Under the pieces are notes generated by a model. It saw only the letters and a list, made by a program, of their open reading frames with translations, searched no databases and was not told the origin of the DNA. DNA of 48,748 nt from Patescibacteria group bacterium (GTDB lineage Bacteria; Patescibacteriota; CPR2; UBA1875; JAMCYV01): contig JAMCYV010000022.1 in NCBI GenBank assembly GCA_023473595.1, forward strand, positions 1 through 48,748, given 5' to 3'. The position numbers were made by a program, and so were the translations under genes. Shown here piece after piece: positions 8,328 to 18,003 of the stretch; positions within the stretch are counted from its first letter, which is position 1; every line of letters starts with the position of its first letter.

Positions 8328-9746
8328 ATCGAAAGAAAAGACATTAAGAAAATAAATAGCTATCTCTGGGAAATTCCGGCGACTTTTAGGAAAGATATGA
8401 AAGTGCCAGCCAGGTTTTATGCAAATGAAAAATTTTTGGATAAGGTTCTTGAAGAGAGAGCTCTTGAACAATTGATTAATACAGCGACTTTGCCTGGGGT
8501 TCAGAAATACGTTCTTGCGATGCCAGATATTCATGAAGGCTATGGCTTTCCGATAGGCGGGGTGGCGGCTATGGATCAAAAAACGGGTATGATTTCTCCC
8601 GGAGGGGTCGGTTATGACATAAATTGCGGCGTCCGTCTCCTTAAAACAGGAATATCTTTTAAAGATGTCGAGGGCAAAAAACATGACTTCATGGCGAATC
8701 TTATGCGCTCAATACCGGCAGGATTAGGCCGCGGCGGAGCGGTTAGAGTTTCCTTTGATGAATTGGATAAATATTTAGAAAAAGGGGCTTCTTTTGCAGT
8801 TGAAGAGGGGTTCGGTTTTAAAGATGATTTAGAAAAAATTGAAGAAAATGGTTGTCTAAGACAGGCAAGTCCAGCTAAAGTAAGCGATCGAGCTAAGAAA
8901 AGAGGTATTGGTCAGCTGGGGACTTTGGGGTCGGGAAACCACTTCCTAGAGCTCCAAAAAGCAGAAGAAGTTTTTGACCAAGAAATTGCAGAAAAACTAG
9001 ACATTAAAAAAGATGAAATCTTCATTATGATTCATACCGGTTCTAGAGGACTCGGGCATCAAACAGCCTCTGATTATATCGAAGTTATGAGGCAAGCAAT
9101 GCAAAAGTATAAAATCTCAATCCCTGATCCGGAACTTGCATGTACGCCGTTTAATTCCCCAGAAGGTCAGGATTATTTCGAAGGCATGGCAGCTGCTGCT
9201 AACTTTGCTTGGGCAAACCGGCAAATTATTACAGAACTGGTTCGAAGAGATTTCAGCCGAATATTTAAAATTCCGAAAGAACAAATTTCCTTAATTTACG
9301 ACGTTGCTCATAATATTGCTAAGATAGAAGGAGATTTAGTAGTCCATAGGAAAGGGGCGACGAGAGCTTTCGGTCCCAATAATTCTGCAGTGCCGAAAAT
9401 TTATCGGGAAATCGGCCAACCGGTTATTATTCCCGGAAGCATGGGGACAGCATCTTATTTTCTCCTCGGGACAAAAAAAGCTGAAGAAGAGACATTCGGC
9501 TCTAATGCTCATGGGGCTGGCAGGGTGATGAGCCGCCACAAAGCCAAAAGGAAAATCCAAGGTGGGATTTTAAAAAAAGAGCTTGAGGCCGAGGGGATTA
9601 CCATTATGGCCCATTCGAAGCCTGGTCTGGCCGAAGAAGCTCCTTTTGCTTATAAAAATATTGAAGAAGTAACAGATATTATCGCTGAATCAGGGATCTC
9701 CAAAAAGGTTTTAAAGCTTAGGCCGATAGGGGTTTTAAAGGGCTAG
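8322..9746 (+). CDS. rtcB: RNA-splicing ligase RtcB
   Basis: MPDIHEGYG, GYDINCG, GNHFLE, HTGSRG, AHN, HRKGA, HGAGR all present. Confidence 0.97.
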   Translation: MAIERKDIKKINSYLWEIPATFRKDMKVPARFYANEKFLDKVLEERALEQLINTATLPGVQKYVLAMPDIHEGYGFPIGGVAAMDQKTGMISPGGVGYDINCGVRLLKTGISFKDVEGKKHDFMANLMRSIPAGLGRGGAVRVSFDELDKYLEKGASFAVEEGFGFKDDLEKIEENGCLRQASPAKVSDRAKKRGIGQLGTLGSGNHFLELQKAEEVFDQEIAEKLDIKKDEIFIMIHTGSRGLGHQTASDYIEVMRQAMQKYKISIPDPELACTPFNSPEGQDYFEGMAAAANFAWANRQIITELVRRDFSRIFKIPKEQISLIYDVAHNIAKIEGDLVVHRKGATRAFGPNNSAVPKIYREIGQPVIIPGSMGTASYFLLGTKKAEEETFGSNAHGAGRVMSRHKAKRKIQGGILKKELEAEGITIMAHSKPGLAEEAPFAYKNIEEVTDIIAESGISKKVLKLRPIGVLKG

Positions 9747-9767
9747 CTTTTGGCTTAGAATAAACAT

Positions 9768-10235
9768 ATGAAACTAGGTACTAATGTTTATGTCAGAAAA
9801 GACGGCAAGACTTTGATGCTTTTTAGAAATAAAAAGCAAAATGATTTTCATCAAGGGAAATGGGTCCCAATAGGGGGTAAATTGGAAAACCATGAAAGCC
9901 CAGAGGAATGTGCCATTCGTGAGCTTAAAGAAGAAACCGGCTTAATTGCAAAAAATGTTAAATTTAAAGGAATTTTAACTTTTCCGGCTGATATAGAAAG
10001 TATTGATGGCGGTGAATGGATGCTTTTTGTTTTTGTTATAAACGATTTTTCTGGTAGGCTGATTAACACTTATGAGGGGGAACTCAAATGGATCGAAGAA
10101 TCGAAGCTTAAAGAGATTAATATGTGGCCTGGCGATCAGTTGAGTCTCAATTGGCTAGAGCAGCCAAAGTTTTTCTCTGCTAAGTTTATATATAGAAATG
10201 GTGAGTTCAAAGAACACACCGTTAATTTTTATTAG
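9768..10235 (+). CDS. 8-oxo-dGTP diphosphatase-like Nudix (MutX/MTH1 type)
   Basis: Intact Nudix box GGKLENHESPEECAIRELKEETGL; EGELKW; MWPGD. Confidence 0.85.
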   Translation: MKLGTNVYVRKDGKTLMLFRNKKQNDFHQGKWVPIGGKLENHESPEECAIRELKEETGLIAKNVKFKGILTFPADIESIDGGEWMLFVFVINDFSGRLINTYEGELKWIEESKLKEINMWPGDQLSLNWLEQPKFFSAKFIYRNGEFKEHTVNFY

Positions 10236-10238
10236 CCT

Positions 10239-11111
10239 ATGACTTGGTATTTATTAGCTTTGCTTTCGGCAGTTTTTATCGCTCTAACCGAATTTACAGA
10301 GAAAAAAGCGCTAACCAAAGAGCATGCTTCCGCTTTTCTCACAGTTTCTTCGTTTATCATCCTTATTTTTTCTTTGCCGCTTTTACTAACTGGCAAGATC
10401 CAAATAGTCACAGGTCCAATGCTTGGCCTGATATTTTTTAAATCGGTTCTAGCTGTTCTCGCCATCACTTTTACCACTATGGCCTTAAGACATATGGAAG
10501 TCTCGGAATTTTCGCCGCTTCTTAACTTAAGCCCTCTTTTTCTTCTTGTTATCTCTGTCTTTTTTCTTGGCGAAAAAGTCTCTAATTTTCAATCCCTAGG
10601 CATCGTCCTAATTGTTCTAGGAACTTATATTCTAGAATTCAAGCAAACTTTAAAATCACCCTTTGAAAGGATAAAAAGCGATAAATATATTCATTTGCTT
10701 CTTCTGGGGGCTGTTTTTTTAAGCCTTACTGCGGCTTTGGACAGGGTTATTCTTTTGAAATCTATAAATGTTGAGACATTTTATCTTTATCAAAGAGTTT
10801 TTATAACAGCACTCTTCGTTATTATCACTTTTTATTTCTATGAAGGGATGAAAGACATCAAAGAAGTTACCAAGCGTTCCTTTATGATTGTTCTCATCCC
10901 TAGCGTTTTATATGCGGTCGGAGATTATATTTATTTTATGGCAGTGGCAATGCCGGCTGCTCTTATCGCTCTTATTATTCCTATCAAGCGTACTTCAAAC
11001 CTAATTACGACGATGATGGGAGGGGAATTATTAAAAGAAGAAAGGGTTTTACAAAAAAGCTTGGCTTGTATCATTATGCTTTTAGGAGTTGTACTTATCA
11101 TTTTAAAATAA
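10239..11111 (+). CDS. EamA/DMT family transporter
   Basis: About 10 TM in two repeats; FLGEK and LLKEE helix ends. Confidence 0.85.
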   Translation: MTWYLLALLSAVFIALTEFTEKKALTKEHASAFLTVSSFIILIFSLPLLLTGKIQIVTGPMLGLIFFKSVLAVLAITFTTMALRHMEVSEFSPLLNLSPLFLLVISVFFLGEKVSNFQSLGIVLIVLGTYILEFKQTLKSPFERIKSDKYIHLLLLGAVFLSLTAALDRVILLKSINVETFYLYQRVFITALFVIITFYFYEGMKDIKEVTKRSFMIVLIPSVLYAVGDYIYFMAVAMPAALIALIIPIKRTSNLITTMMGGELLKEERVLQKSLACIIMLLGVVLIILK

Positions 11112-11165
11112 ATTACTGAAGAATTTGCTAAATCATTTTTTATTTCAAAAGTTTAAAATCTAACC

Positions 11166-11735
11166 ATGCGACAGCCAATGAGACTTTTTATCGGGGTCAG
11201 TCTTCCGAATCATGTGACTGATGTTATCGACAGCTTCAAAGAAGCATATGTTCAGTATGATTTGGACAAACTTGAGGCTAGATGGGTCCCTAAAAACAAT
11301 TTCCATATTACTTTGCTTTTTCTAGGAGAAGCTGATTCTTATAAACTAGATCAGGTTCTAGAAGTGGTGGAAAAAGTCGCTAAAAATTTAAATTCGTTTC
11401 AAGCGAAAACAGGCGGCTTAACTATTCTTTCTAATTTTAAATATCCCAAAGTTCTGGCTCTAGAAATCAAAGAGAATAAAAATCTTTCGGCTTTGCAAAA
11501 GGCGCTTTTAGATGAATTTAATAAAAAAGATTACGTTTTTGAGAATAAAAAGTTTGTTCCCCATATCACTTTGGGCCGATTTAAAAGAAGAGTCAGAGAT
11601 TTAAAAAGTACCTTAAAAGAACTAAGAGAACCGCCAGAGCAAGAATTTGAAATTTCAAGTTTTGAGGTCCTAGAAACGAGCTACAGCAACGGTGAGATTA
11701 AATATTTGCTTCATAAAAGGATAAAATTTGGGTAA
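11166..11735 (+). CDS. thpR: RNA 2',3'-cyclic phosphodiesterase (2H family)
   Basis: MRLFIG start; two HITL motifs (FHITLLFLGE, PHITLGR). Confidence 0.9.
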   Translation: MRQPMRLFIGVSLPNHVTDVIDSFKEAYVQYDLDKLEARWVPKNNFHITLLFLGEADSYKLDQVLEVVEKVAKNLNSFQAKTGGLTILSNFKYPKVLALEIKENKNLSALQKALLDEFNKKDYVFENKKFVPHITLGRFKRRVRDLKSTLKELREPPEQEFEISSFEVLETSYSNGEIKYLLHKRIKFG

Positions 11736-11796
11736 GCCCTTGATTTTCTAAAAACAAAAGCTTTATAATAAGTTTTAGATAAATAAAGGAGGGAAA

Positions 11797-13428
11797 ATGA
11801 ACTTTAATAAGAGATTAATTATTTTACTTTCAATACTCTTGGTTCTTGTTTTTGGTACTTTAGGCGGCATTTATTTTTATTGGACTAGATACTCGAGGCC
11901 TATTGCTAGAAATGTTTTAACCGAGAAAGAACACTTGAGAGTTGCTGCTCTTATGGAACCAATTGGTATTTATCCAGAACCTTTCGGTGATGTAAGCGAA
12001 ATTATTTCCCATGCGGTAAATTCTCAAGTTTTTGAGCCTTTGGTAACTTTAGACAACGATTTTAAGCTTAAGCCAGTGCTAGCAGAAAGTTGGGATAATC
12101 CCGATAATCTAACATGGCGCATCTATCTAAAAAAGAATGTTAAGTTTCATAACGGCGATTCATTTACTGCTGAAGATGTAAAAGCAACTTTAGAAGCATC
12201 AAAAAAAGATAAATGGGTTCAGGCCCAAGACCTTGATCAAGTATCTGAGATTAAGGTAGTAAATCCTTATACTATTGAGCTAAAGACTAAAAGTCCTTAT
12301 CCGATTTTGATGAACAAATTGAGCTTTTTCTTTATCTTGCCCAAAAGTGTAATAGCGGAAGGCAAAGTGACCGAGAAACATATCGGCACAGGAGCTTTCA
12401 AATTTGTAAAGTATGAACAAGGCAAAGAACTTGTCTTTGAAAGAAATGACAACTGGTGGAGCGAAAAACCTAAAGTCAAAAAAGTTACCTATAAATACCT
12501 TTCAGATCCTGAAGAAGCGGCTAAAATGATAAAGGATGGGGAAGCAGACGCAATGGAATCTGTAAACCCAGCTTTAGCTAAAGAAGCAAATAAAGATAGT
12601 AAGCTCAAAAATAGCATTAAATTTCTTGATTACGGCGTAAAGTACATAGGCTTAAGTGTTTATCAGGAGAAATCCCCTTATATCGAAACCGAGAAAAATC
12701 CTTTTAAGGATAAAAGGGTCAGAGAAGCAATCGCTCTAGGAATTAACTTGGATGAAATGATGCAGGAAGCAATCCTAGGCGATGGAGAGACTGCATCCCA
12801 AATGGTTCCTAAGGACATTTTTGGTTATAATCCGAGTATTCAGCAAACAGCTTATAACCCTGAAAGAGCTAAATCACTTCTTAAAGAAGCTGGGTATCCA
12901 AACGGATTTACGGTAACTATGGATATTCCAGTGCCAAGAGAAGCAGACGGGCAAGCTTTGGTAAAACAACTAAAAAATATAGGGATTACCTTAAAGCTAG
13001 CCTTAATGGATGACCCAGCAACTGGAATGAAAAAGTTAAGCCAGAAAGATACCGGTATGTACTTTATGGGCTTTGGTTGTGATAGCGGAGATGGTTCTGA
13101 ACTTTTTGAACAGCTTGCTTATTCTAAGAGCGACTATAATTATACAGGCTATAACAATAGCGAGGTAGATAGACTAACTGATCTAGCAAAAACAACAGTT
13201 GACCAATCGAAACGAAGAGAATACCTGCAAGAAGCAATGACAGCACTTAAGGAAGATTATGTCTATATTCCGCTCTATGCAAACAAATTCACCTATTTTG
13301 CTTCTCTAAAGATCAACTTGGTTTATGATAAGTCGGGTGAAGTTAAAGCAACTTTAGTGTCAGGAGTTGAGACCGTTTACGAAAAACAAAGCTACAAGCA
13401 GTTCATAGTAAGCCTTTTCTCAAGTTAA
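11797..13428 (+). CDS. Family 5 (OppA/DppA-like) solute-binding protein with TM anchor
   Basis: LAESW, LKKNVKFHNGDSFTAEDV, GTGAFKF, DKRVREAI, AKSLLKEAGY; N-terminal TM without lipobox. Confidence 0.92.
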   Translation: MNFNKRLIILLSILLVLVFGTLGGIYFYWTRYSRPIARNVLTEKEHLRVAALMEPIGIYPEPFGDVSEIISHAVNSQVFEPLVTLDNDFKLKPVLAESWDNPDNLTWRIYLKKNVKFHNGDSFTAEDVKATLEASKKDKWVQAQDLDQVSEIKVVNPYTIELKTKSPYPILMNKLSFFFILPKSVIAEGKVTEKHIGTGAFKFVKYEQGKELVFERNDNWWSEKPKVKKVTYKYLSDPEEAAKMIKDGEADAMESVNPALAKEANKDSKLKNSIKFLDYGVKYIGLSVYQEKSPYIETEKNPFKDKRVREAIALGINLDEMMQEAILGDGETASQMVPKDIFGYNPSIQQTAYNPERAKSLLKEAGYPNGFTVTMDIPVPREADGQALVKQLKNIGITLKLALMDDPATGMKKLSQKDTGMYFMGFGCDSGDGSELFEQLAYSKSDYNYTGYNNSEVDRLTDLAKTTVDQSKRREYLQEAMTALKEDYVYIPLYANKFTYFASLKINLVYDKSGEVKATLVSGVETVYEKQSYKQFIVSLFSS

Positions 13429-13431
13429 AAA

Positions 13432-14781
13432 ATGGAAAATTCGGGGGTATTTTCAAGGATTAGAAACTTAACCAAAAATTCTCTTGTTTATGCAATAGCG
13501 TTAGTCTTTCTAATCTCTGGCTTTATAGGCTGGTTTGTTGTAAACTCGAGCTCCGATAGGGCTATTGCGAGAACAAATGAGGAAATAAAAGCATATACCG
13601 ACCTTTCAACCAAAACTATCGTAGATGCATATACTCTTTATTATTCTTCTGGCTTTTATAAATTTAAGGAAATCATTAATGAGACACTTAAGATTTCGCC
13701 TAACATCTCTAAATTTCAACTTGTAAATCCGGAAGGAAAAGTTCTCTTTGATTCCTCTAATGTGGGTAACACCACCGAAGTCAGTCTAGATGAGACCTTA
13801 GCAGACAGTACGAGAAAAATTAGTACTACCTATGTCTATGATAAAAAAGACTCATCCAGGATAACCCAGGTTATCTCCCCTTATTTAGAGGATTGGAGCC
13901 GTCACCCATACTCTGTAGTCTATTATGTAAACTACGAAAAGGTAGACAGCGATATCTATAGCTTTAAGCTTCAGATTATCCTTTTTGTATTCTTACTCTC
14001 TCTTTCTACTGCCTTAACCCTAATTTCGACTATTACTGCCAAGGATCTAGCTCTTAAAAAAGAGGAGAAACAAGAGTTAGAGGAGCTAAACAAAAGGAAA
14101 GACCAATTCTTGATGATTGCCGCACATAACCTGAGGACACCTCTAACCAGCATTAAGGGATTTTTATCCCTTATCACGGAAAAGAACAAAAAATTTGTTC
14201 AAGAAGAGAAAGAGTATTTCGAGCCGATCGTCGAAGGAACCGACCGTTTATTTTACTTAACAGAAACAATTATTGAAGTAAATTCGATTCTCGCTGAAAA
14301 AGTCACTTTTAATTTTAAGGCAGCCGAAATAGTAGATATTATAGAAAAAGAAGTTAGAAGTTGTCTTAATCTCGCTACCGAAAAAGGGATTATTATAAAG
14401 TTTGAGAAACCAAAGAAAAAACTGCCTTTAGTAAGTGTTGATATTGGAAAGATCAAAGAAGTTTTCCAAAACTTGATTAGCAATGCTATTAAATTTAATA
14501 AACCAAACGGCTGGGTAAAGATTAATATCCAAAGAAATGAAAATGATATAACTATTACAGTCTCTGATAACGGAATCGGTTTTAAAAAGGAAGAACAGGA
14601 ACACATCTTTGAAATGTTCCATCGTGGCACTGATATTTTGACCTACAATTACGAAGGAGTTGGTCTAGGCTTATTTTTGTCTAAGCTTATAATAGATAAG
14701 CATAAAGGAAATATCCTAGTAGAAAGCAAGGAAGGTAAAGGATCAAAGTTCTCTATTGTTTTGCCAATAATGTCCAGTTAA
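13432..14781 (+). CDS. Sensor histidine kinase (2 TM, extracytoplasmic sensor domain)
   Basis: AHNLRTPL H-box, NLISNAIKF, DNGIG, GLGLF, GKGSKF. Confidence 0.93.
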   Translation: MENSGVFSRIRNLTKNSLVYAIALVFLISGFIGWFVVNSSSDRAIARTNEEIKAYTDLSTKTIVDAYTLYYSSGFYKFKEIINETLKISPNISKFQLVNPEGKVLFDSSNVGNTTEVSLDETLADSTRKISTTYVYDKKDSSRITQVISPYLEDWSRHPYSVVYYVNYEKVDSDIYSFKLQIILFVFLLSLSTALTLISTITAKDLALKKEEKQELEELNKRKDQFLMIAAHNLRTPLTSIKGFLSLITEKNKKFVQEEKEYFEPIVEGTDRLFYLTETIIEVNSILAEKVTFNFKAAEIVDIIEKEVRSCLNLATEKGIIIKFEKPKKKLPLVSVDIGKIKEVFQNLISNAIKFNKPNGWVKINIQRNENDITITVSDNGIGFKKEEQEHIFEMFHRGTDILTYNYEGVGLGLFLSKLIIDKHKGNILVESKEGKGSKFSIVLPIMSS

Positions 14782-14814
14782 AATAAACTTAAATAATTTA
14801 TTAGGAATGAGTTT

Positions 14815-15309
14815 ATGAATGAGTTAGATGGAAGTTATTCTCCAAATCAGGACAAAAATCCCGAACAAAAGGAACAAGAAATCAAAGAAGGTTTCAGGGA
14901 ATTTCTAGAATTTCAAACTGAAACGTTAGGTGAACAAAGAGAAACTTTAGAAGAAATTAAAAAAAGAGGACTCGATTTGGGGGATATCGTAACTTCCCCG
15001 ATTCAAATGCTTTCGGATGCTGGCTTTGAATTCGAGGGCGATATTTTCTCTGATTTAGAACCTGTTTATCAAAAAGCGGTTCTTAATGTTTTAAAGGAAG
15101 ATTTAGGATTTGATGAGGCTAATTTGGTTCAAGAGGAAATTCAGAATGAAGGGCAAGAGGATGAAGTTAAAAGTGAATTTTTTATGACCAATAAAGAGGG
15201 TTTTTTTGTAAAAAGAGAAACCGATAAAATAGGCATCAACATTTACTTTGTCGAAGAAAGGTTTATCTCTGAAATAGTTGCAGAATGGCCTATTTCAGAA
15301 GAGGAATAA
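14815..15309 (+). CDS. Hypothetical acidic protein
   Basis: 164-aa Glu-rich ORF; TAATG overlap with the next gene. Confidence 0.6.
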   Translation: MNELDGSYSPNQDKNPEQKEQEIKEGFREFLEFQTETLGEQRETLEEIKKRGLDLGDIVTSPIQMLSDAGFEFEGDIFSDLEPVYQKAVLNVLKEDLGFDEANLVQEEIQNEGQEDEVKSEFFMTNKEGFFVKRETDKIGINIYFVEERFISEIVAEWPISEEE

Positions 15310-16376
15310 TGTTAAGAAAGATTTCTTTAATCCCATTTCTTATTCTCTTTACCCTGCTTTTACTAGCTATTCTTCTTGCCTGGGGTCTTAAGTTTACGGT
15401 TTTAAACCCTAATTTTATTAAAAATGAACTAAAGAGCCAGGATGTTTATAACAAGGTTTATACAAATCTGCCTTTAATTGCCGAACAAATGATGCCTAAA
15501 GAGGGAGAAAGAGAAAACCCTGAAGAGCCGCTTCCTACCGAAGGATTATTTACGTCCCAAAGCACGATAACATTTGCCCAAAATATTATTTCTAAATCTG
15601 ATTTAGAGCGAAAGATCGAAAGCGCAATTGACTCTTTAATACCATGGTTTTTAGGGTCAGATCAAAAACTCGCTCTGGATATCTCTCTTAAGGATATCAA
15701 AATTAATTTGATAAAAGAATTGATGAAAAATCCTAAAATCAAGGAATCGGCTGAGGCAATGCCAGTCTGCGCTGATCTGGCTTATTTTATTTCACTTAAG
15801 GGAAATATTACTTGCCGGCCGCCGGAATTTGATCTTAATAATCTTGATAGTCCCCAAAATGAAGTCGTTCTAGCAGAGGTTTCAAAAATGATAAAAAATA
15901 TTCCCGATACTTTAAACGCTCAAACTCTGAATGAAACTTCCAATTTCTCTGCAGGCTGGCAGAAGGCGCAGGATATTAGATCAAAGGTTGTCTTGGGAGT
16001 AAGGCTTTTTTACCTAGGAACGGCTGTCCTTATTCTTTTAATTTTTACCGTCGCTTGGCTATGGGCAGGAAACTTAAATAAAACACCATTAGTTTTTGGA
16101 ATCTTTTTAGCGATTTATTCAAGCTTATATTTAATAATTATAAATATCGGCTGGATAATCGGATTTCCCCAAATCTTGAGATTATATGACCAAAAAATTA
16201 ACCAGCCACCGTTTGTCAAAAATGAACTAATATTACCGCTAATAAAAGACGTTTTAGGGAAAATTAGATACACCCTAAATCTTGAGTTAGCTCTTGTTAT
16301 TTTATTTTCAACTGTTTTAATTAGCATTTCTCTTATAGTTAAAAAACGTTCGGTAAAAATAGAAACATCAACCTAA
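15309..16376 (+). CDS. Hypothetical membrane protein
   Basis: N-terminal TM, extracellular domain with a Cys pair, three C-terminal TM; start taken at ATG 15309. Confidence 0.7.
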   Translation: MLRKISLIPFLILFTLLLLAILLAWGLKFTVLNPNFIKNELKSQDVYNKVYTNLPLIAEQMMPKEGERENPEEPLPTEGLFTSQSTITFAQNIISKSDLERKIESAIDSLIPWFLGSDQKLALDISLKDIKINLIKELMKNPKIKESAEAMPVCADLAYFISLKGNITCRPPEFDLNNLDSPQNEVVLAEVSKMIKNIPDTLNAQTLNETSNFSAGWQKAQDIRSKVVLGVRLFYLGTAVLILLIFTVAWLWAGNLNKTPLVFGIFLAIYSSLYLIIINIGWIIGFPQILRLYDQKINQPPFVKNELILPLIKDVLGKIRYTLNLELALVILFSTVLISISLIVKKRSVKIETST

Positions 16377-16444
16377 AAATCTTTTTATCTTAAAATTATT
16401 AAGAAAAGCTGAAATTTCTTAGTTTTTATGCTAATTTAGTATAT

Positions 16445-17473
16445 ATGTCTTCAACACAAAAAAGCCTTACCGAAGTTTTTGATGAGGCTATACAACTAGT
16501 AGAACCGGTAATAGATGAACTCCTGGTAAAGGACGTTGACCCTCGTTTCCAGGAACTCCAACGGCATCATATGAAAGCTGGAGGGAAGAGAATCAGGCCT
16601 GTTATTAGCTTGGTAAGTTCGAGGAATCTAGGGGGTGAAGACAGCGAAGTAATCTATCCTGCAGCTGCACTGGAAATTTTGCATAATTATACTCTGATTG
16701 TTGACGATATGATCGACAATAGCCCTATGAGAAGAAATTCACCGACTGTTTGGAAACAGTTCGGGAGGTCTATCGCCGAGTGTGTTGCTTGGGACTATGC
16801 TTCTTCTGCATACCAAGCATTAGGCAGGTCTAGCCAGGCTCAAATCTTATTAGATAAAATCAGTAAAACCCTTAAGATTATTGGTGACGGTGAAATATTA
16901 GACATTCTTTTCGAGAGGTTCGGGAGAGAAGACGACCCCTATGTGGTAGAAAACCGTTTTAAAGACCTGACAATTAAGGATTATTTTGAAATGGCTGGCA
17001 AAAAAACAGCATCTCTTTTCGCAACCTGTTCAGAAATCGGAGGAATCTGTGCTAGGGGAAGCGAAAAAGAGCTGGCTTGTTTAAAAAACTATGGTTACAA
17101 CCTTGGCATTGCCTTTCAAATCCAGGACGATTTTCTAGATACCTTTGGGGATGAAAGTAAGTTCGGCAAAAAGATCGGCAAGGATATAGAAGAGCGCAAA
17201 GCCAGCAATATAGTCGTTCTATTAGCACTAGAGGAATTAAATGATAACGATAAAAAAGATTTAAATAATATTTTCATTAAAAAAGAGATTAAAGATTTAG
17301 ATGTTAAAAGAGCGATTGAACTGATCCAGAAAACCAGTGCCAGAGAACAAGCTCTATCTTTGGCTCAAGAATACAATAAAAAAGCAAAGGTATACTTAAA
17401 GGATTTGCCTCAAAATGAATGGAATAATGTTTTAGAAGAGATCACTGATTTTGTGATAAAGAGGGAGAAATAA
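16445..17473 (+). CDS. Polyprenyl diphosphate synthase, archaeal-type GGPP synthase signature
   Basis: GGKRIRP, HNYTLIVDDMID...RR (short FARM, Tyr at -5), KKTA, FQIQDDFLD. Confidence 0.92.
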   Translation: MSSTQKSLTEVFDEAIQLVEPVIDELLVKDVDPRFQELQRHHMKAGGKRIRPVISLVSSRNLGGEDSEVIYPAAALEILHNYTLIVDDMIDNSPMRRNSPTVWKQFGRSIAECVAWDYASSAYQALGRSSQAQILLDKISKTLKIIGDGEILDILFERFGREDDPYVVENRFKDLTIKDYFEMAGKKTASLFATCSEIGGICARGSEKELACLKNYGYNLGIAFQIQDDFLDTFGDESKFGKKIGKDIEERKASNIVVLLALEELNDNDKKDLNNIFIKKEIKDLDVKRAIELIQKTSAREQALSLAQEYNKKAKVYLKDLPQNEWNNVLEEITDFVIKREK

Positions 17474-18003
17474 TGGAACAAGTCGTCCTCGTCGACAAAG
17501 ATGACAAAGAGATAGGATTAGAAGAAAAAGAAAAAGCGCATTTAGGAGAAGGCAAATTGCACAGGGCCTTTTCGATTTTTATATTTAACCCCAAAAAAGA
17601 ACTTCTAATAACAAAAAGAAGCAGTCAAAAGATGCTTTGGCCTCTCTTTTGGGACAGCGCTTGTGCCAGCCATCCTTTGAAAGGCGAATCTCAAGAAAAA
17701 GCGGGGGAACGAAGACTGAAAGAAGAGCTTGGGTTTACTTGCAAGCTAAAAGAGGTTGATAGATTTGAATATCACGCACTTTATGAAGATATAGGGTCTG
17801 AATACGAAATTTGTTCAGTTTTAATCGGATTTTACGACAGAAATATTAATATAAATCCTGATGAGGTTGCCGAGTATAAATGGGTTGATTTAAAATGGAT
17901 AAACCAAGAAATTTCAAGTAACAAGGATAAATATACTCCTTGGTTGATAATAGCCATTGAAAGATTAAAGAAGAAAAATTATGAGTTTGTTGAAAAAAAT
18001 TAA
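17473..18003 (+). CDS. idi: Isopentenyl-diphosphate delta-isomerase type 1
   Basis: LHRAFS, SHP, RRLKEELG, SEYEIC, NPDEV, TPWL. Confidence 0.9.
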   Translation: MEQVVLVDKDDKEIGLEEKEKAHLGEGKLHRAFSIFIFNPKKELLITKRSSQKMLWPLFWDSACASHPLKGESQEKAGERRLKEELGFTCKLKEVDRFEYHALYEDIGSEYEICSVLIGFYDRNININPDEVAEYKWVDLKWINQEISSNKDKYTPWLIIAIERLKKKNYEFVEKN

